Origin: Octopus vulgaris
Lineage: Eukaryota
DNA: 64,000 nt
Reading direction: 5' to 3'
NCBI GenBank assembly: GCA_951406725.2
Contig: OX597815.1
Location: forward strand, 90,086,001 to 90,150,000
In this document: positions 29,698 to 43,985 of the stretch, piece after piece
Layout of the letters: each line of letters begins with the position of its first letter
How positions within the stretch are numbered: position 1 is the first letter of the stretch
Program-made: the position numbers and the translations under genes
Notes under the pieces: generated by a model
What the model saw: only the letters and a program-made list of their open reading frames with translations
The model's database searches: none
What the model was told of the DNA's origin: nothing

Positions 29698-31434
29698 GGC
29701 GCGCTTCTTTCCAAAGTGAGCAAACCTTGCTAGAAACAGTTAGAGATGAGGGCAGATTGAAATAAAAGAAAACAAGAAAAACAACACAAGAAGTACGAAA
29801 AGAGTACGAAGCACTGCACAAGGGAGTACACAATCAATTTCATATAGCTACAACCGTGACACAGGGAAAGAATTAGTAGCTTATGTAACTGAAGTTCCTG
29901 TCTGTATTTTTATTTCATGCTTTGTCTTGCGTCGTGTTACTTGTGTATTGCTTGACGGTTACTGAGTCTTATTCTATTTCTCTATAATTTAAATTTTATA
30001 CTGCTGCCTTCACCTTATTTCTCGTATATGCCAAATATTTATCTTCGCAACTAAATAAGCTTTCAAATACAATGTTTCTCGTATGCAGCAGCTATTTACT
30101 TTCTTTGTTCAGTTGTCAATTTCTAAACTTCAAAATTAGTGAAATTATAGGTCAGCGGTGTGTAATAAATGTTTGAACGTCGGGAGAAATAACAGAAACT
30201 CATCAAACCTTCTGAGTTCAAATGCTGCTAGCAACAACAACATTTTATCTGTTAGGAATCGCTAACTCGAACGCCTTGACAAATACTGAGGTCTGTATAA
30301 ACAAAGAATCTCCTTCCATCAAAATTGTTGGCATTGTATTTAAACTAGTGGTATTATAGATTCGTAAATATGTACACAATGAAGTTGTGTCAATGATAAT
30401 GGATTGCGTGTTCAACTTATGTCTTCTTTGCGATATTAGAAATTTTCTTCTTATTTTGTTCTTACTATTCTTATACATAATCTAAATACAATGATAATCA
30501 TTCTGTTTTTCTTTGTTGTAGCCAGCTCAGTGAAAGTCTCTGATCAGCAGCCATCGACTTTGAAGATTTACTCAGTGTAACAACAAGCTAAAAGTTTTTG
30601 CAACAACTTTATACAGAAAACTTTGAATAGGAAATTAAAAACTAAATATGTGTCATAGACTGTGATTACATCATAGTTATTTTTAGTTGGTGACTGTAAT
30701 GGTTATTCTGAGTTTAAATTCTTATAATGTTACAGCTCACCAAGCACCAAATTTCTCCGAAAAGAATACTTGGAAAAGTCCAGGATTGCCCACTTTATTG
30801 TCGTTTGTTAAATCAGCCAATTCACATAACAATGCTATATCATCATTATCATCGAAAACACAATACAGTAATTTGGTAACGATCATGTGTTCCTGCATAA
30901 AAATTGTATAAATCTCATCTTCATTCCTAGATGATTAGATTTCATCAAAATATCGACAATTATTTAAACAGTCAAACCAAATAAGTAGGCTCTTGATAAA
31001 TGGACACAACACTTCATTCAATTTAGCTTTGCAAAATTATATTTCTAATTTATTCTAGTTGAACAGCTACTGAATTCATTCATCCAAAACCATCAGGTAT
31101 TTTCGTGTAGTCAAAGTAAACAGTAATAGTATGTTGTTGGTTATGAACGATTTAACGCTTCAATTTCTTCGTCGTTCTTCATTGCTAATGAAACAAAGTA
31201 TAAAAAGAAAAATCATTTTCCACTATCCATAAAATAGCGAGAAAAATATTCTTCTCTATAGCGTTACATTTTTACGATTCAAAACATTTTGTAATAATAC
31301 TGAGTATTTTTATTCATTTTTTGCTATCATAACTAGAATAGATTTTGAATTTCTCGATATTTCTCTTGAAATATTTACTTGTTTTATAGAGAACGTGTTT
31401 TAATTAACATTTCACCGGTATGTTTAAATTCCTT

Positions 31435-31632
31435 TTTTGTTTCTTTTATTGTTTCAGTCATTTGACTGTGGCCATGCTGGAGCGCTTCCTTGAAGAGTTT
31501 TTTTTAGTCAAAGTAAGCGACCCTTGTATCGGTCTCTTTTGCCGAGCTGCTAATTTACGGGTGCATAAACACACCAGCAATAGTTCCCAACCGGAAGTGC
31601 GGATGCAAACACAGACAAGAAGACTCACATAG

Positions 31633-31679
<47 letters not shown>

Positions 31680-31830
31680 TATTTATATTTATACGGTGGG
31701 CTACTTTCAGTTTTCGATTGCCAAATCCACTCACAAGGCTTTGATCATCCGGGGGCTATAGTTGAAGACACATGCTCAAGGGAGCACGCAGTGAGAATGA
31801 ATCTGGAAACATGCATTTGTGAAGCAAGTT
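31435..31830 (-). mobile_element. SINE family B (diverged)
   Basis: gtttcagtcatttgactgtggccatgctggagc...ccaaatccactcacaaggctttg. Confidence 0.85.
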
Positions 31831-32134
31831 TCTTTATTTCATAAATTGGCTATGGAAGCCGTGCGTAGATGGGACAGACAAGTACAGGCAAAAATAGAGG
31901 GTGAAGAAGTAGCTTATTACGAATGAAAAAGTTACGAATGATAAAATATTAATGTCATGCTGTTAAAAATTATATCTTGTTTTTTTCTTTTAAAACTTTC
32001 GTTATGAACTTGATGATCATTGCAGATTTTGCAATGTGTGACTGAAGGTAAGGCATGCAACCGCAAGGTTCGAATCTTTACTTTTCCTTCTAGCCCCACT
32101 TACCTGGTTCCAGTCACTCGCAGCTTGTAACTAC

Positions 32135-33360
32135 TTGCTTCCATCTTTTTACGAACATATCTTGTTAAAGGTATCTCTTCTCCGGCCTAATCTTTCTATC
32201 GAGGTGGTAACTAAAGAAGTTAACTAACCCCTGGCCGGAGTCGAAGGTACCTGTTACTATACTTCTTACACGCATCTTCCATACTGTTTCTTTCAGTATG
32301 GCTACTACGCAGAAAAAAAACAAGCCTTTTTTACCTATTCAGGGTAGGAGGCGGCACAATCTTGATAATAGATTCAGACGATAGCTGTACTCTTCCCATC
32401 ATTGACAATAATTGCTGGACAAAATCTATCAGTCCCGGTAATTCCGGACACTCCACGAAGGTGTGCAAGAAAGTTTCTCTCTCCCACCCGCACCTCGGGC
32501 ATATCGGCGAGACGGCACTTCCGTGCCTTGACAGCTTGTTTTGGACAGGCAAAGTCGAACGATAGCACAGCCAAGCCAGGGATTTCTGGTCATTATTCAG
32601 TTACCCTGCCTCGAAAGTTCTGAAAATGTTGATCAACTGATTTCCATCGAGGTTCAGGGCCTCCCCCAGGACATCGTCTGACATAAATTCCATTAACCCG
32701 CTATAGAAATCCGCAGTGGAACTCCTGTTGCCAGTATTGCCCACCCGAGAGAGTAGCTCTATACCCCAGCCTAGGTCTCCGTTTGATCCATGGCCAATAT
32801 CCATTAAGTGCGTCAACTGTGGAAGGTTGAACCTTACGTGCGGTGACTACACCTGCTCCCCATCCAGGTCAAGCCAGAGATGCCTCGACCTTAACGCGAA
32901 TTTTTGCATCTTTAGCCAAGGTATCCCTAGCCCACCCTTTAATTATTTGTGGCAGCAGACAGAGTGCTTCAGAAGTGGTTTTCCTCCATTCCCCAAAAAA
33001 GCGGAAAGGGATTCATTCCAACTTTTTTAACCACTGTGTATACTGAGTGTGGCTCCATCCACCAATATCCTCGTTTTTACAAATTCAGTAGAGCCGAGCA
33101 CCTCTCTTTTTTTCGTCATTTCCTTTTCTAAGTGGTATATGAAAATGTTGACGAAGGCTAGAATGAAGTGGAACGCATTTTTCACAGTACTTTGTGTCAC
33201 GCCGGCGAGACAATCTCTTTCGCCATCGCCACTAGAGAGCAGAAACCTGTTTGCTTAATCCTATCAAAGGCGAGCGACCTCAATAACCTGGCCTGTAGCA
33301 GGATCAGTCCTAAATGCGACAAAAGAAGCATAAAGTACCAATTAAGGCTGGTGTCAACTT
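32135..33360 (-). mobile_element. L1/Tx1-clade LINE 3' fragment
   Basis: PVQNKLSRHG...CPRCGWERETFLHTFVEC zinc knuckle, then AILKETVWKMR...FVKRW terminus. Frameshifted. Confidence 0.8.
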
Positions 33361-35315
33361 AATCAATGGAAATCTCTTCCAAACTTCTCAACGTGTTCAT
33401 AAATCCGAAATTAATGACAATGTAAATTATCATTTTATGATATTTCACAAAAGTATCGGGAGATGAATTTGGGACCGGGATTCCTGTAGTTTTTCAAATA
33501 ATTCTGGTACAGATTATTATTTTCGTTCCGTTATTAGTTTGGTTTTCTTGATAAAAATGATTTCAGCTTACTTGATCTTACGTTCTCTATGCATTTATTG
33601 TGTAGCAATATTTTTAATGATAGTGTTTTCTCTGATGGGTTTCAATGATGGAATCATTATATTGCACCGCTACAATTTCCCAGGAATAACCTTCCATTTA
33701 GTTGTCTCTCAGATTTGTACAGTAACACATTTACAAGTATTAGTTGCTGCTTAATATAATGCACCTGAGAGTTAAGGCGAAACTATCGATATTAAGATGG
33801 CTCAAGCTAAAATTAACTTTTAGGACAGCAGCATATTTATCACGCCATAAAAGTCTCTGCGACTATATTGTGATTGAGGAATGACATTTTGCGCAGGATT
33901 ATTTACCATATGTTATAATAAGTTACTTGTATAAGACAGAAGAACAGACACGTGCTCAATGCTTCATAATGTGCAATTTGAAAAGACGGAGTCAACTTAT
34001 AATTGATACAAGTTAAGCGGTATAAATTCGTTTACCTTGGTGAAATCTATCTATCTGACATGTGCAGACACTGTCTTACTTCATCTATTTTACCGTTATC
34101 TGTATCTAGTTGTCTACAATTCGTCTACTTCAATATTTAACATATTCAGCTGCCGTTCATATATATTTTCAAATTATTATATTTCGCTGACGTATAAATT
34201 CGAAGATTCATAGTTAGTATTTATGAGGTATACTTATAGGTTAACGTTATGGTTATATTCAGACCATTGAAGTATGTGACTCATTAAATGATATAATTTT
34301 CATTAACTTATTTCTCACCAATTATTCTATGTTCCACATTATAGAGAGCCAACAAAATCTCATTTCTATCACTGCCTTTCAAACAATTATTGACATTGGT
34401 ATTCTCTTTTCCATGAAATATCTAAAACTTATTCGAAATTTAATGGTTGAATCGATAGTAATCTTTTCGTATTGTATTCAATCTGGTTATTGTAGTTTGG
34501 CTTTAAATGGGTTTTCCTTTGAATAAAGGGTAAAGAGCTCCAACGAGGTGAAAATCATTCTCATCACTGTGTATTATATTCTGGTGGAGAGGTGTAGATC
34601 TACTCGAATGTTTTACGTTTGACGAATAGACATAACGTAGAGGAAAAATATTTATGAGAAAATCATGTTGTTACCGATTAAAGCGTACACCATTTAGATA
34701 GTAAAGGGATGGTCGCTTTAGCAAAATGTCTACAGAAAGTTCCTCTTATTCCTTTAACTTCTACACTACCCGCTATGTTTTAAGATTTACATGGCGATCC
34801 TCACCAAATATTTTATTCAACATCAGGAAAAGAGTCACATACCATATAAAGGAAACGATGGGATATCTCTCCCTCTCGCTCACTCTCGAGTCTTGGGCAT
34901 ATCCCAAATTTGCTACAAACTATGGTTTTTTGAAATCATTAATAGATCCTTTTGGTGATCTCATATTCATAACACAGTAATAATTAGATCACAAAGTGTA
35001 GGTCTTCCTTGAGAGCTGCAATCTCAACTTCGTCAACTTGCCGATCCCGTACAAGGTTTAATGTATCAATATTCTCACATCAAGGACGATATTTTATTTA
35101 CGCAAACTAACATCCTGGAGTATATAAAAAAATATATCCAATCTGTTTGAATTTATGACCTGCAAACACGTGTTTTCCTCACTCTACATTCTATAATTTA
35201 TAGACCTACCACGGTGTTACGTTGTTTTGGTATTTTGGTTGAAAATTTCTTGATGTGTGCTCATGCAAAGAAACAAATCTTGTATATAGGTATGGTCATT
35301 GCGCTATTAATAATT

Positions 35316-35603
35316 AACACACGCACTGGTTCAATTTCAATCGTTTATTGTTAGTCAGTTGGTTAATTACCTAAATGACGTATAGATCCCTTGTTTAAGA
35401 CTCGGAGCAAAATTTTAGGTAAGAAGGCATGTCACTGATGAAGCTGGAGATAGCGATGAAAGTATCGGTGAACGCTCTTGACAAACGACTAAATCATGGA
35501 CTGTTTAACCAAAAAATTAAACAAGTGATCGATTATTTAATTGGTTAAGGAACTAACCGACTGACTAAGAATAAAGAAATGAAATTGAACCAGTGCGTGT
35601 GTT
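35316..35603. mobile_element. Foldback/MITE-like element with ~55-bp imperfect terminal inverted repeats
   Basis: aacacacgcactggttcaatttca...ttagtcagttggtta pairs with taaccgactgactaa...tgaaattgaaccagtgcgtgtgtt. Confidence 0.7.
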
Positions 35604-36461
35604 TATTCTTATTGATGTAATAATATTTTGTTACATAGCATACCCAGCCAAGACCATTCGATACACATGCGTTATCGCTTTTGTCAACGCCTCTGTCCCT
35701 CTTTCCCGACTCCTCCTATCGCATTATACTGTAAGCTTTCTACTTAGAATCGTATATTCGATATTTTAGTTTTCGAGACGTCGATTCACAAATTTTTCAT
35801 TACCTGAAAATATCTCAGCAGAAATGTATAGCGCGAGGATATTTCGGGAAAATTTTCCTTCCTAGTAACTAAATTGTAACCATAAAGACGCACGTATTAG
35901 ATTTGGAATTATAGCAATTTAATACGACTCAGAAAGAAATAGTATTCAATAAAATATATGGAATATCATTAGTGATTTTTGTTTATCAGACAAAGGTATT
36001 GCCTGAGAAGACGAATGTTTCTTTTAGGGCATGTTCCATTTATCGAAAAACAAAACACAATTTACTTATCGTTGGTATGATAGTCGAGCTAAAAGTAATA
36101 AGCTAAGCCATATTTCTATGACTGAAATAATAGTAATTGAATTATAGAATATTCAAGATTTGCAAATAATATTTCAAGCGTAATATTTCATATATTATAT
36201 ACTTTACCATGAAGATATTTCTTTAAACTAGAACGTCTCAGTTACAGTAGAAATAAATATTGTATGATAGGCGTATGAGGTTTTGGCATTTTTAGCATCT
36301 TACTACATTGCAAAATACATAGTCATTCAGATAATAATTGCTGTGTTAATATGAATAATTTAAATTAAAATTGTCAACTGTGTATCATACAAATACAGAT
36401 ACACTACTAGATTGGACGAAACAGTTGAATTGTCTACAATAAAATCTTTTCATAGACTTCA

Positions 36462-36518
<57 letters not shown>

Positions 36519-36707
36519 CACTGCATCTAATTGTTACCTGCTTAAATAAAATTGCTGCCTACAAATATACAAGAAACAAGGAATACACATTTTGGTGATA
36601 TTTCCTACAGTTATCATTATTATTATGTCATGAAAACTCAGTTTATTTTGCTGGATTTAATGGAAAGTGTCACTTTTCTACAACCAGAAGACTAAGGCGA
36701 CATTTGT

Positions 36708-37120
36708 TTACTCTTTTATTCTTTTACTTGTTTCAGTCATTTGACTGTGGCCATGCTGGAGCACCGCCTTTAGTCGAGCAAATCGACCCCAGGACTTATT
36801 CATTGTAAGCCTAGTACTTATTCAGTCAGGCTCCTTTTACCGAACCGCTAAGTTACGGGCACGTAAACACATCAGCATCGGTTGTCAAGCGATGTTGAGG
36901 GGACAAACACAGACACGCGAACATATACACACACATACATATATATATATACATATATACGACCGACTTCTTTCAGTTTCCGTCTACCAAATCCACTCAC
37001 AAGGCTTTGGTCGGCCCGAGGCTATAGTAGAAGGTACTTGCCCAAGGTGCCACGCAGTGGGACTGAACCCGAAACCATGTGGTTCGTAAGCAAGCAACTT
37101 ACCACATAGCCACTCCTACG
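36708..37120 (-). mobile_element. SINE family B, well-preserved full-length copy
   Basis: Head gtggctatgtggtaag...gggttcagtcccactgcgtggcaccttgggcaagt. Tail ggtgctccagcatggccacagtcaaatgactgaaacaagtaaaag. Confidence 0.9.
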
Positions 37121-37134
37121 AATATAAATTATTG

Positions 37135-38050
37135 TCATTACTGGTAATGCCTCAAAAGCCCTGAGAATAATTCTTGCTGTTCCAAGCAAGGCTAATTTTT
37201 GTAGGTATCTACCTTCACGCTTGTATCAGTCTTTTTGATCCATGTGGGAAGTTGAGTGCTGATACTTCAAAGTGCTTCAATAACTATCGGTATCACGACT
37301 ACTCTCCTCAATGACCACAACTTTCGTATTTCCCAATTCAAATCGTCATAGTTGTATATTTTTCTTCTTTCTCATTGATCCTCTTGTTACCGGGACATGC
37401 GATATCGATTATCATGCAATTCCCGTTTCCCATGTCTGATCAGATGATCGCACTGAATTATTGCACCCAACAGGATTTTGCAGTTCTCATCCTCGATGAC
37501 ACCTTCTGGGGTTTTCTCATACCACCTCTTTGCTCTTTGTAGGCCGATGGTTCATTCTTGCAATATTATTATGTCCACTTTTGTATTCGCATTGTCCCAA
37601 TTTCAAGTATTCACTAACGGTGTGCCATACCATTTCACCCCTCACCCCTCACATTCTGCATTTATCACTGTCAGTAGTGTTGTGTATTCTGCACTTCACA
37701 TAGTCCTTAACGCTTGTTCTTAAGCTGCACATATGTGTGCGTCTATCTCTATCTTCAGGTCACTCCTCCGCATTCATAGCCACCTGTCTTCTATATCTGT
37801 CTTGGCGTTCGTATCTCTTACAAACTCTTCGTACATGTTCTTCTTCCATGATGATTCGTTCTTTTTGTGTTCTCTTCCTCTTTAAATTTTTCTTTCATTT
37901 CACAATTCTTTCATTTTGATGACGCCGCACTTCATTGCATATTTCGACAATGGCTCAACGGCATGTTTTACGAACCATAGTAAGTTGTTTTCTTCTGTTT
38001 CGGTACAATCCTGGCAACTGATCAAACCTCTTCCACCCTTTCTTCTGGAC
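37135..38050 (-). mobile_element. Degenerate R4/Dong 3' portion (lineage A-related)
   Basis: GGRGLISC, ICAA.EQALRT, NCKILW, IIDIACPG, LQKLALLGTARII. Confidence 0.85.
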
Positions 38051-38175
38051 ATTGAGCAGAATATTTGCTATATCCCTTTTGTTATACCAAGACCAAACAA
38101 TGTGAATGATAAAACTTACAATCAGTTAAGAGCAAAGGCCATGAGAGCTTCTGCCTAGTACTGCATCAGGGCATT
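38051..38175 (-). mobile_element. Element X, 5' ~125 bp, fused to a Dong ORF
   Basis: attgagcagaatatttgct...aatcagttaaga...tactgcatcagggcatt matches 61367-61490. Confidence 0.85.
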
Positions 38176-38206
38176 TTAGTATTATTATTGTTGTTGTTGT
38201 TATTAT

Positions 38207-40645
38207 TCAGTAGTCTTGTATTTATAACGTGCTTTCACTGCACTACCGAGCGCAGTTCTGTGTGCCTTGGGTATGTGCTGTGGTTTGTTGTTATGCACTT
38301 ACAGTTACTGTATTGAACGTATTTTAAGTAGGATGTGTGCGGTGCCTAGTAGTGCTATTTTCTGTATATTATATATATATATGTTAGTCCTGGTGTTTTT
38401 GTTATGTATTTGTCTGAATATCTTTTTATCATACTTAATGCGCCTACAATGATAGGAATTGTTTCTGTTTTTAGATTCCACATTCGAGTTACCTCTATTT
38501 CCAGGTCTTTGTATTTTGGAAGTGTCTCCATTTCTTTTAGAGAAAACTTGTTATCTGTTGGCATTGAGACATCAATTAGAGAGCATTTTTTCTTGATATT
38601 CTCTGACAGCTATATCTGGCCTATTGGCCTTAATTTCTCTATCTGCGCACATTGGCATATGAAATAATATTGTTGCTTTCTCGTTTTCTGTGACCTTTTC
38701 TGGCGTGTGCCTATAGCATATCTTTTCTGTTATTATTCCATAGTGTTGGCATAGCTTCCGGTGTTTGTAGGTCCCAACTTTCTCGTGTCTGTGAATATAT
38801 TCCTTCTTGGCCAGGACTGGGTAACTAGAGATAATATGATTTATTGTTTCTTGTCCATTTCCACATATTCTGTAGTTACTTGTTTATGATACATTTCATT
38901 ATGTGCTTTTTGTAATTATTGGTGGGGAGGCTTTGGTCTTATGCGGCAATTAAAACCCCTTTAGTCTCTGTTTTGAGCCTTGAGTTTCTCAGCCATCGTT
39001 GGGATTTTTGCCTTGTCTATTTCTTTTGCGTTTAGTTAAACCCAGTATTTGTCATGAAGTGGCTTTTCTGCCATCGTTTTATCATAATACGTAGCTGTTC
39101 CAATTTTAGTTTGGACTAGCAGTATCGCCCGGCGTTGCTCGGATTTGTAAGGGAAATAACTATAAAGAATTTTTAGAGAGTTATAGCCAAAAAATAGCCA
39201 AAAAATGGGGAAAAAATTATGGTAAATTTTTTTGAGAGTTAAAAAGGTCGAGTTGCATCCCCTAGACAGTCTGTGGTTTGTATTTCTGATTCTCGACCCC
39301 ATGTCGAATTTATCGATTTTTTTCAGAACTGGGGGAACTTTTCAAAATTTTCGCTGCGTTAGTTTTGAATTATGACATTGGGCTATGTGTGTGTCAAGTT
39401 TCATCAGAATCGGTTGAAAGCCGTGGTCAGGGTGAGGGTACAACCTAACAGACACACAGACACGCAGACAGACAAACTGCCGTTTATATATAGAGAGATT
39501 TCATTTGCTTTACAGCTTTTGTTGTTCTTTCTTCTTTTTCTTCATAGCTGTTAAGTAGTATGGGTTCATTTTTGTATTTGTCACCTTCCTTAAAGACTGA
39601 AAACAGTTATTTTATTTTTTGTTTGTGTTTTGTGGCTATTTGTATTAGTTTTCCTTGCTTCTGAAGTAGGTATGTTTGTAGATCTATGGTGGTTATTTTG
39701 TAATAGCTTTCTAGCTGTATAAGACCTCTACCACCCTCTATGCGCTGTATATATAACCTTTCTACGTCAGTTTTTGGGTGGTACGCCCTAAATACTGTCA
39801 TGATTTTTCTTGTTTTAACGTTTATTTTGATTAGTTCGTTTAGTGTCCAGTGAAAGATATTGTAGCTGTAAATTATAACTGGGACGGCTAGAGCGTTGAT
39901 ACCTATTATTTTGTTTTTCGCATGGAGCTATATTTTCAGTATTAATCTAACTTGCCTGTATTGTTCTTTTTTAAATTTTTTCTTTCATTTGTGTGTGTTG
40001 TATCGTATCTTGTTCATTGATTCTTAAATATTTGTATATCTGGCTTTGGTCTAATGCTCTTATTTCATTTGCTTTATCTAGTTTGTTGTTGCGAATTTCA
40101 AGGTTGTTTTGGCATAGTTTTCCAAGCCATATTTCATATATTTATTTCTTTGGTAAATACATGTACTGACTGTAGTAATATTTCCAGCTGTTTATCATTT
40201 GTAGTGTATAGTTTTATTTCATCCATATATAAGAGGTGGCTGACTATTTTGCGTAACAGTTGTATTTGCATCTAGTTCTGTTCAGCATGTTAGATAAAGG
40301 TGTCAGTGCCAAGGAGAAAAGGAGTGGAGAGAGCGTGCTTCCCTGGAATATTCCTCTTCTAATGGGTTTTATGAGTCCCTCATTTGTTTGGAGCTGTTGT
40401 ACTGTCTGCCATTTATTTATAGAATGGGTTATATTTTTTATGATTATTGGCGCTACCTTGTTCATGGCTAGTGTTTCTAGAATCCATGTGTGAGAAAAAC
40501 TATCAAAAACCCTTCGGTAATCGATCCAAGCCATACTTAGACCCTTCTTGTTTCTGTGGCTGTTATCAGTTATGGCTTTATTGATCATTATTTGATTTTT
40601 ATAGCCGTATGAACCCTTGCCTCATCTCTTCTGGAAACAGTTTGT
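38207..40645 (-). mobile_element. R4/Dong lineage B, degenerate 5'-truncated copy interrupted by a Helitron
   Basis: Collinear with ~6080-8172, including the 3' UTR (gcacacagaactgcgctcggtagtgcagtgaaagcacg). (TAA)-type repeats on both sides. Confidence 0.92.
39116..39498 (-). mobile_element. Non-autonomous Helitron (~383 bp)
   Basis: Minus strand starts 5'-TCTCTCTATATATAAA and ends ccgagcaacgccggg(hairpin)cgatactgCTAG-3'. Inserted between A and T of the host sequence caaatgaaa|tccaaac with no TSD. Confidence 0.9.
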
Positions 40646-40686
40646 CGTCGTTGTTGTTCCTGTTCTTTCTAATAGTATTATTATTA

Positions 40687-40760
<74 letters not shown>

Positions 40761-40769
40761 TTCATTATC

Positions 40770-41510
40770 ATCTTTCAATTCTCTTTCCATTTCTTGCCAA
40801 GTGTCCTCCACACATTAGGCAGAGAAGTACATTGACTACATCGGTAGGCCATTAAAATAAAAACACGAAGTTGTGAATTTACTAAGTTATGTAATAGAGA
40901 AAAAGGGGAAGTATTACAGAGGAAAAATAATAAATAATAAAATAAACAAAGTAAATAATAAATAATAAATTAAACAAAGAAAATAAAGGGGGGGGGAAGG
41001 GAAAGAAACTCCACAGTTACAATGCTCTACTCCATACATGTGTCGTACCAGTTAAGACAATCTTTTGCAATTCCTGCATGGATGGTAAGCCAGGGATCAT
41101 TGTTAAAAAAATTTCAGTTCCGTTATTGGTCATTCCAAGTGATCCTACAATCACTGGCATTGTAACCGTCTTGAATTGACACTTGTTTTCGATTTCGATG
41201 AGCAAATCTTGATATTTTCTGAGCTTATCAAATTCTTTTACTGAGGTCACACAGTATGCCCATGTCACACAGTATGCCCATGTCAATTAATAAACTTTAT
41301 AGTATTGGTCTTTCACAACAATACCCTGTTTGATTCCTTTGATTGCCCGGTCTGTACATACTGCGAAGTCCCAGGAATAGTTACATTTTCTCTCTCTGCA
41401 GCCTAAGGGTAGTCCTTGTATCATTTCTCAGCAGTTTTAATTTATAATATCGACACATTATCCAGTGTAGATATTGGGCAACTCTATCGTGTCTTGATTT
41501 GTACTCTATA
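40770..41510 (-). mobile_element. R4/Dong 3' fragment, another lineage
   Basis: RHDRVAQYLHW, KEFDKLRKYQDLLIEI, PVIVGSLG, LQKIVLTGTTHVWSRAL*. Confidence 0.85.
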
Positions 41511-41541
41511 GGTGCTAAAAACTATGATGATGATGATGATG

Positions 41542-41599
<58 letters not shown>

Positions 41600-42291
41600 T
41601 TATTATCATTACTGCTGTTGTTGTTGTTATTGTTGTTATCATTATTTTTGTATTTTTATTACTATAACAGTTTTAGTTACTTTTATTGTATCGTGCCTAT
41701 GTTTTTGGAAGCGTCTATATTTTTGCTGTACCATATTTTTGTCAATCTTATTGCTGCTACTGCTGATGTGATTGTTTACATAGGAAACTAATTCTTTCAG
41801 TTTAATGACGATTATGATGATAAGAAAGAGCGTAATGTGGACCCCGATTATGATGATGCATTTGGTGTCGAAAATGAAAAAGGATAAAGGAAACGAGAAA
41901 TATTGATAAAAAAAAATCAAGAGAAATATATGAGGAATATGACAGTCAGCAATACTAAGAAAGAAAGATATGAAATACGCTCTGTAAAAGAATAATATTA
42001 ACAGCAATAACAGTGTCACTGTTTTCTTTTTTCCATTCGAATCATTGCAAAAACTAATAATAATACCGTAAACAAACATCGAAACTTTTTTTTTATTAAA
42101 TCGTAATTTCACCTTTAATATTAGAATTTCAGAGATAATTTATCTTCTAACTTTTTCTGCATTTCTTCAAGAAATATAAGAACACATGACATATTCTGTG
42201 AAAATGAAAATTGGCCATTTATCTTTGTAAAGAGCTGATAAATATGGATGCATTGTTGCTACCACTGATATATTTGATGTTTTCTTACACT

Positions 42292-42346
<55 letters not shown>

Positions 42347-42832
42347 GCTGCTGCTGCTTCTGCTGCTACTGCTACTGTTGCTGCTGCTGCAGTATTTTTT
42401 TCTTTTTATTTGTATTTCCCCTTAAAAAGTGAATTCGGAAACAAAACGTAATGTAAAGCTATTTTTCAGTATTTATATGGAAAACTATTCAAGAGGAAAT
42501 CATCGTTTAAAAATTATCACTACAAAGATTGACGTTGATAGTTTCATAAGGAATATAATGTATATACTGAAGTAACTGTTGATATCTGTGGATGCATTGC
42601 ATTTTTCAAAGATAATGAATTTCATATCATTTTTCACAAATATTCATTGAAATATAGCTCTCCTTCTCCTCTTCTTTAATGCGTGTAAGATTCGTGCCTT
42701 AAATACATTTGTACAATATAAACAAAATATAAATCGTATATATTATATCACTGAATATTTTATCATGCTTCTTATGTCAATGTCACTTTTCCTCGTTGTC
42801 TTTTTTTATCGTTTTTCCTATCTATAGGAACT

Positions 42833-42915
42833 ATGAGCAATAAATTCTAATTTTCGTTCTTTTGTATGCAGTTCCTACCTGTTTTTTTTAAAACTTGATT
42901 ATACATACATACAGG

Positions 42916-42988
<73 letters not shown>

Positions 42989-43053
42989 GTATGTATGTAT
43001 AATCAAGTTTTAAAAAAACAGGTAGACTCATACAAAGAACGAAATTAAATTTG

Positions 43054-43057
<4 letters not shown>
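42833..43057. repeat. Inverted duplication centred on a (TA)n microsatellite
   Basis: ctacctgtttttttt aaaacttgattatacatacatacaggtata...(TA)n...tatacctgtatgtatgtataatcaagttttaaaaaaacaggtag, with imperfect outer arms. Confidence 0.85.
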
Positions 43058-43098
<41 letters not shown>

Positions 43099-43202
43099 GC
43101 ATTTATATATATATGTATATACATATATGTATATATATATATATATATATACGTGTGTGTATACATACATACATACATAAATACATATATATATATAAAT
43201 AA

Positions 43203-43239
<37 letters not shown>

Positions 43240-43985
43240 CGCTATAACACCTCTTAATATTATTTGGAATACGAAACATTGTTATTCCTACATGTATGTA
43301 ATCTCCTGAGGTAACTTAGGTAATATTTATATTCATCTACCCACAAATAGATTGATTGTTCATCTAATATGATGGTGATTATCTCTGTTAAAATGTATCA
43401 CAACGTTTCGTATACTGAACATCAGCGGAAAATATCATTTTCCTTCTTATGTTTAGCATAATAATTTATAAATATCGAGAATCCATCAAATATTCGCAAA
43501 CTCCTGACTGACGCTAACATTTTATCCATCTCGATGTCACACTGTTTAATAAATTCCTTATTTCTGTAAGTAATAATTTAGAAAACCCTGCTGGCATATA
43601 ATTTCGTAACATATTAAGATGATTGTAGCGTATGTTGTTATTCATGTACGGAATGTAATATTTGACAATTGAATTTCGTAAAACAAACCCACCTGTGCGG
43701 CATGAGGCCATATCCCCTAAATCCATACCCTATTCTGTTCAGTATGAGAAGTAATCTAAGAGACTTTGTCTGAAAATATGGAGACGAAGCAACATAAACA
43801 TTTCTTTGGAAAGTCATATGGAAAGGAAACTTTCTCAAGAAAAATGAAAAGTAAGAAACTAATAAGTAAAGCCAGAATGAATTTAAATATGGTCTATGAA
43901 GTGTAGCGCTTCATGTATAGAATAAAGGAAATCAACTATTCAAAAAACACATAATGTGTGTACCACATAGTAGCTTGATGGGGAC

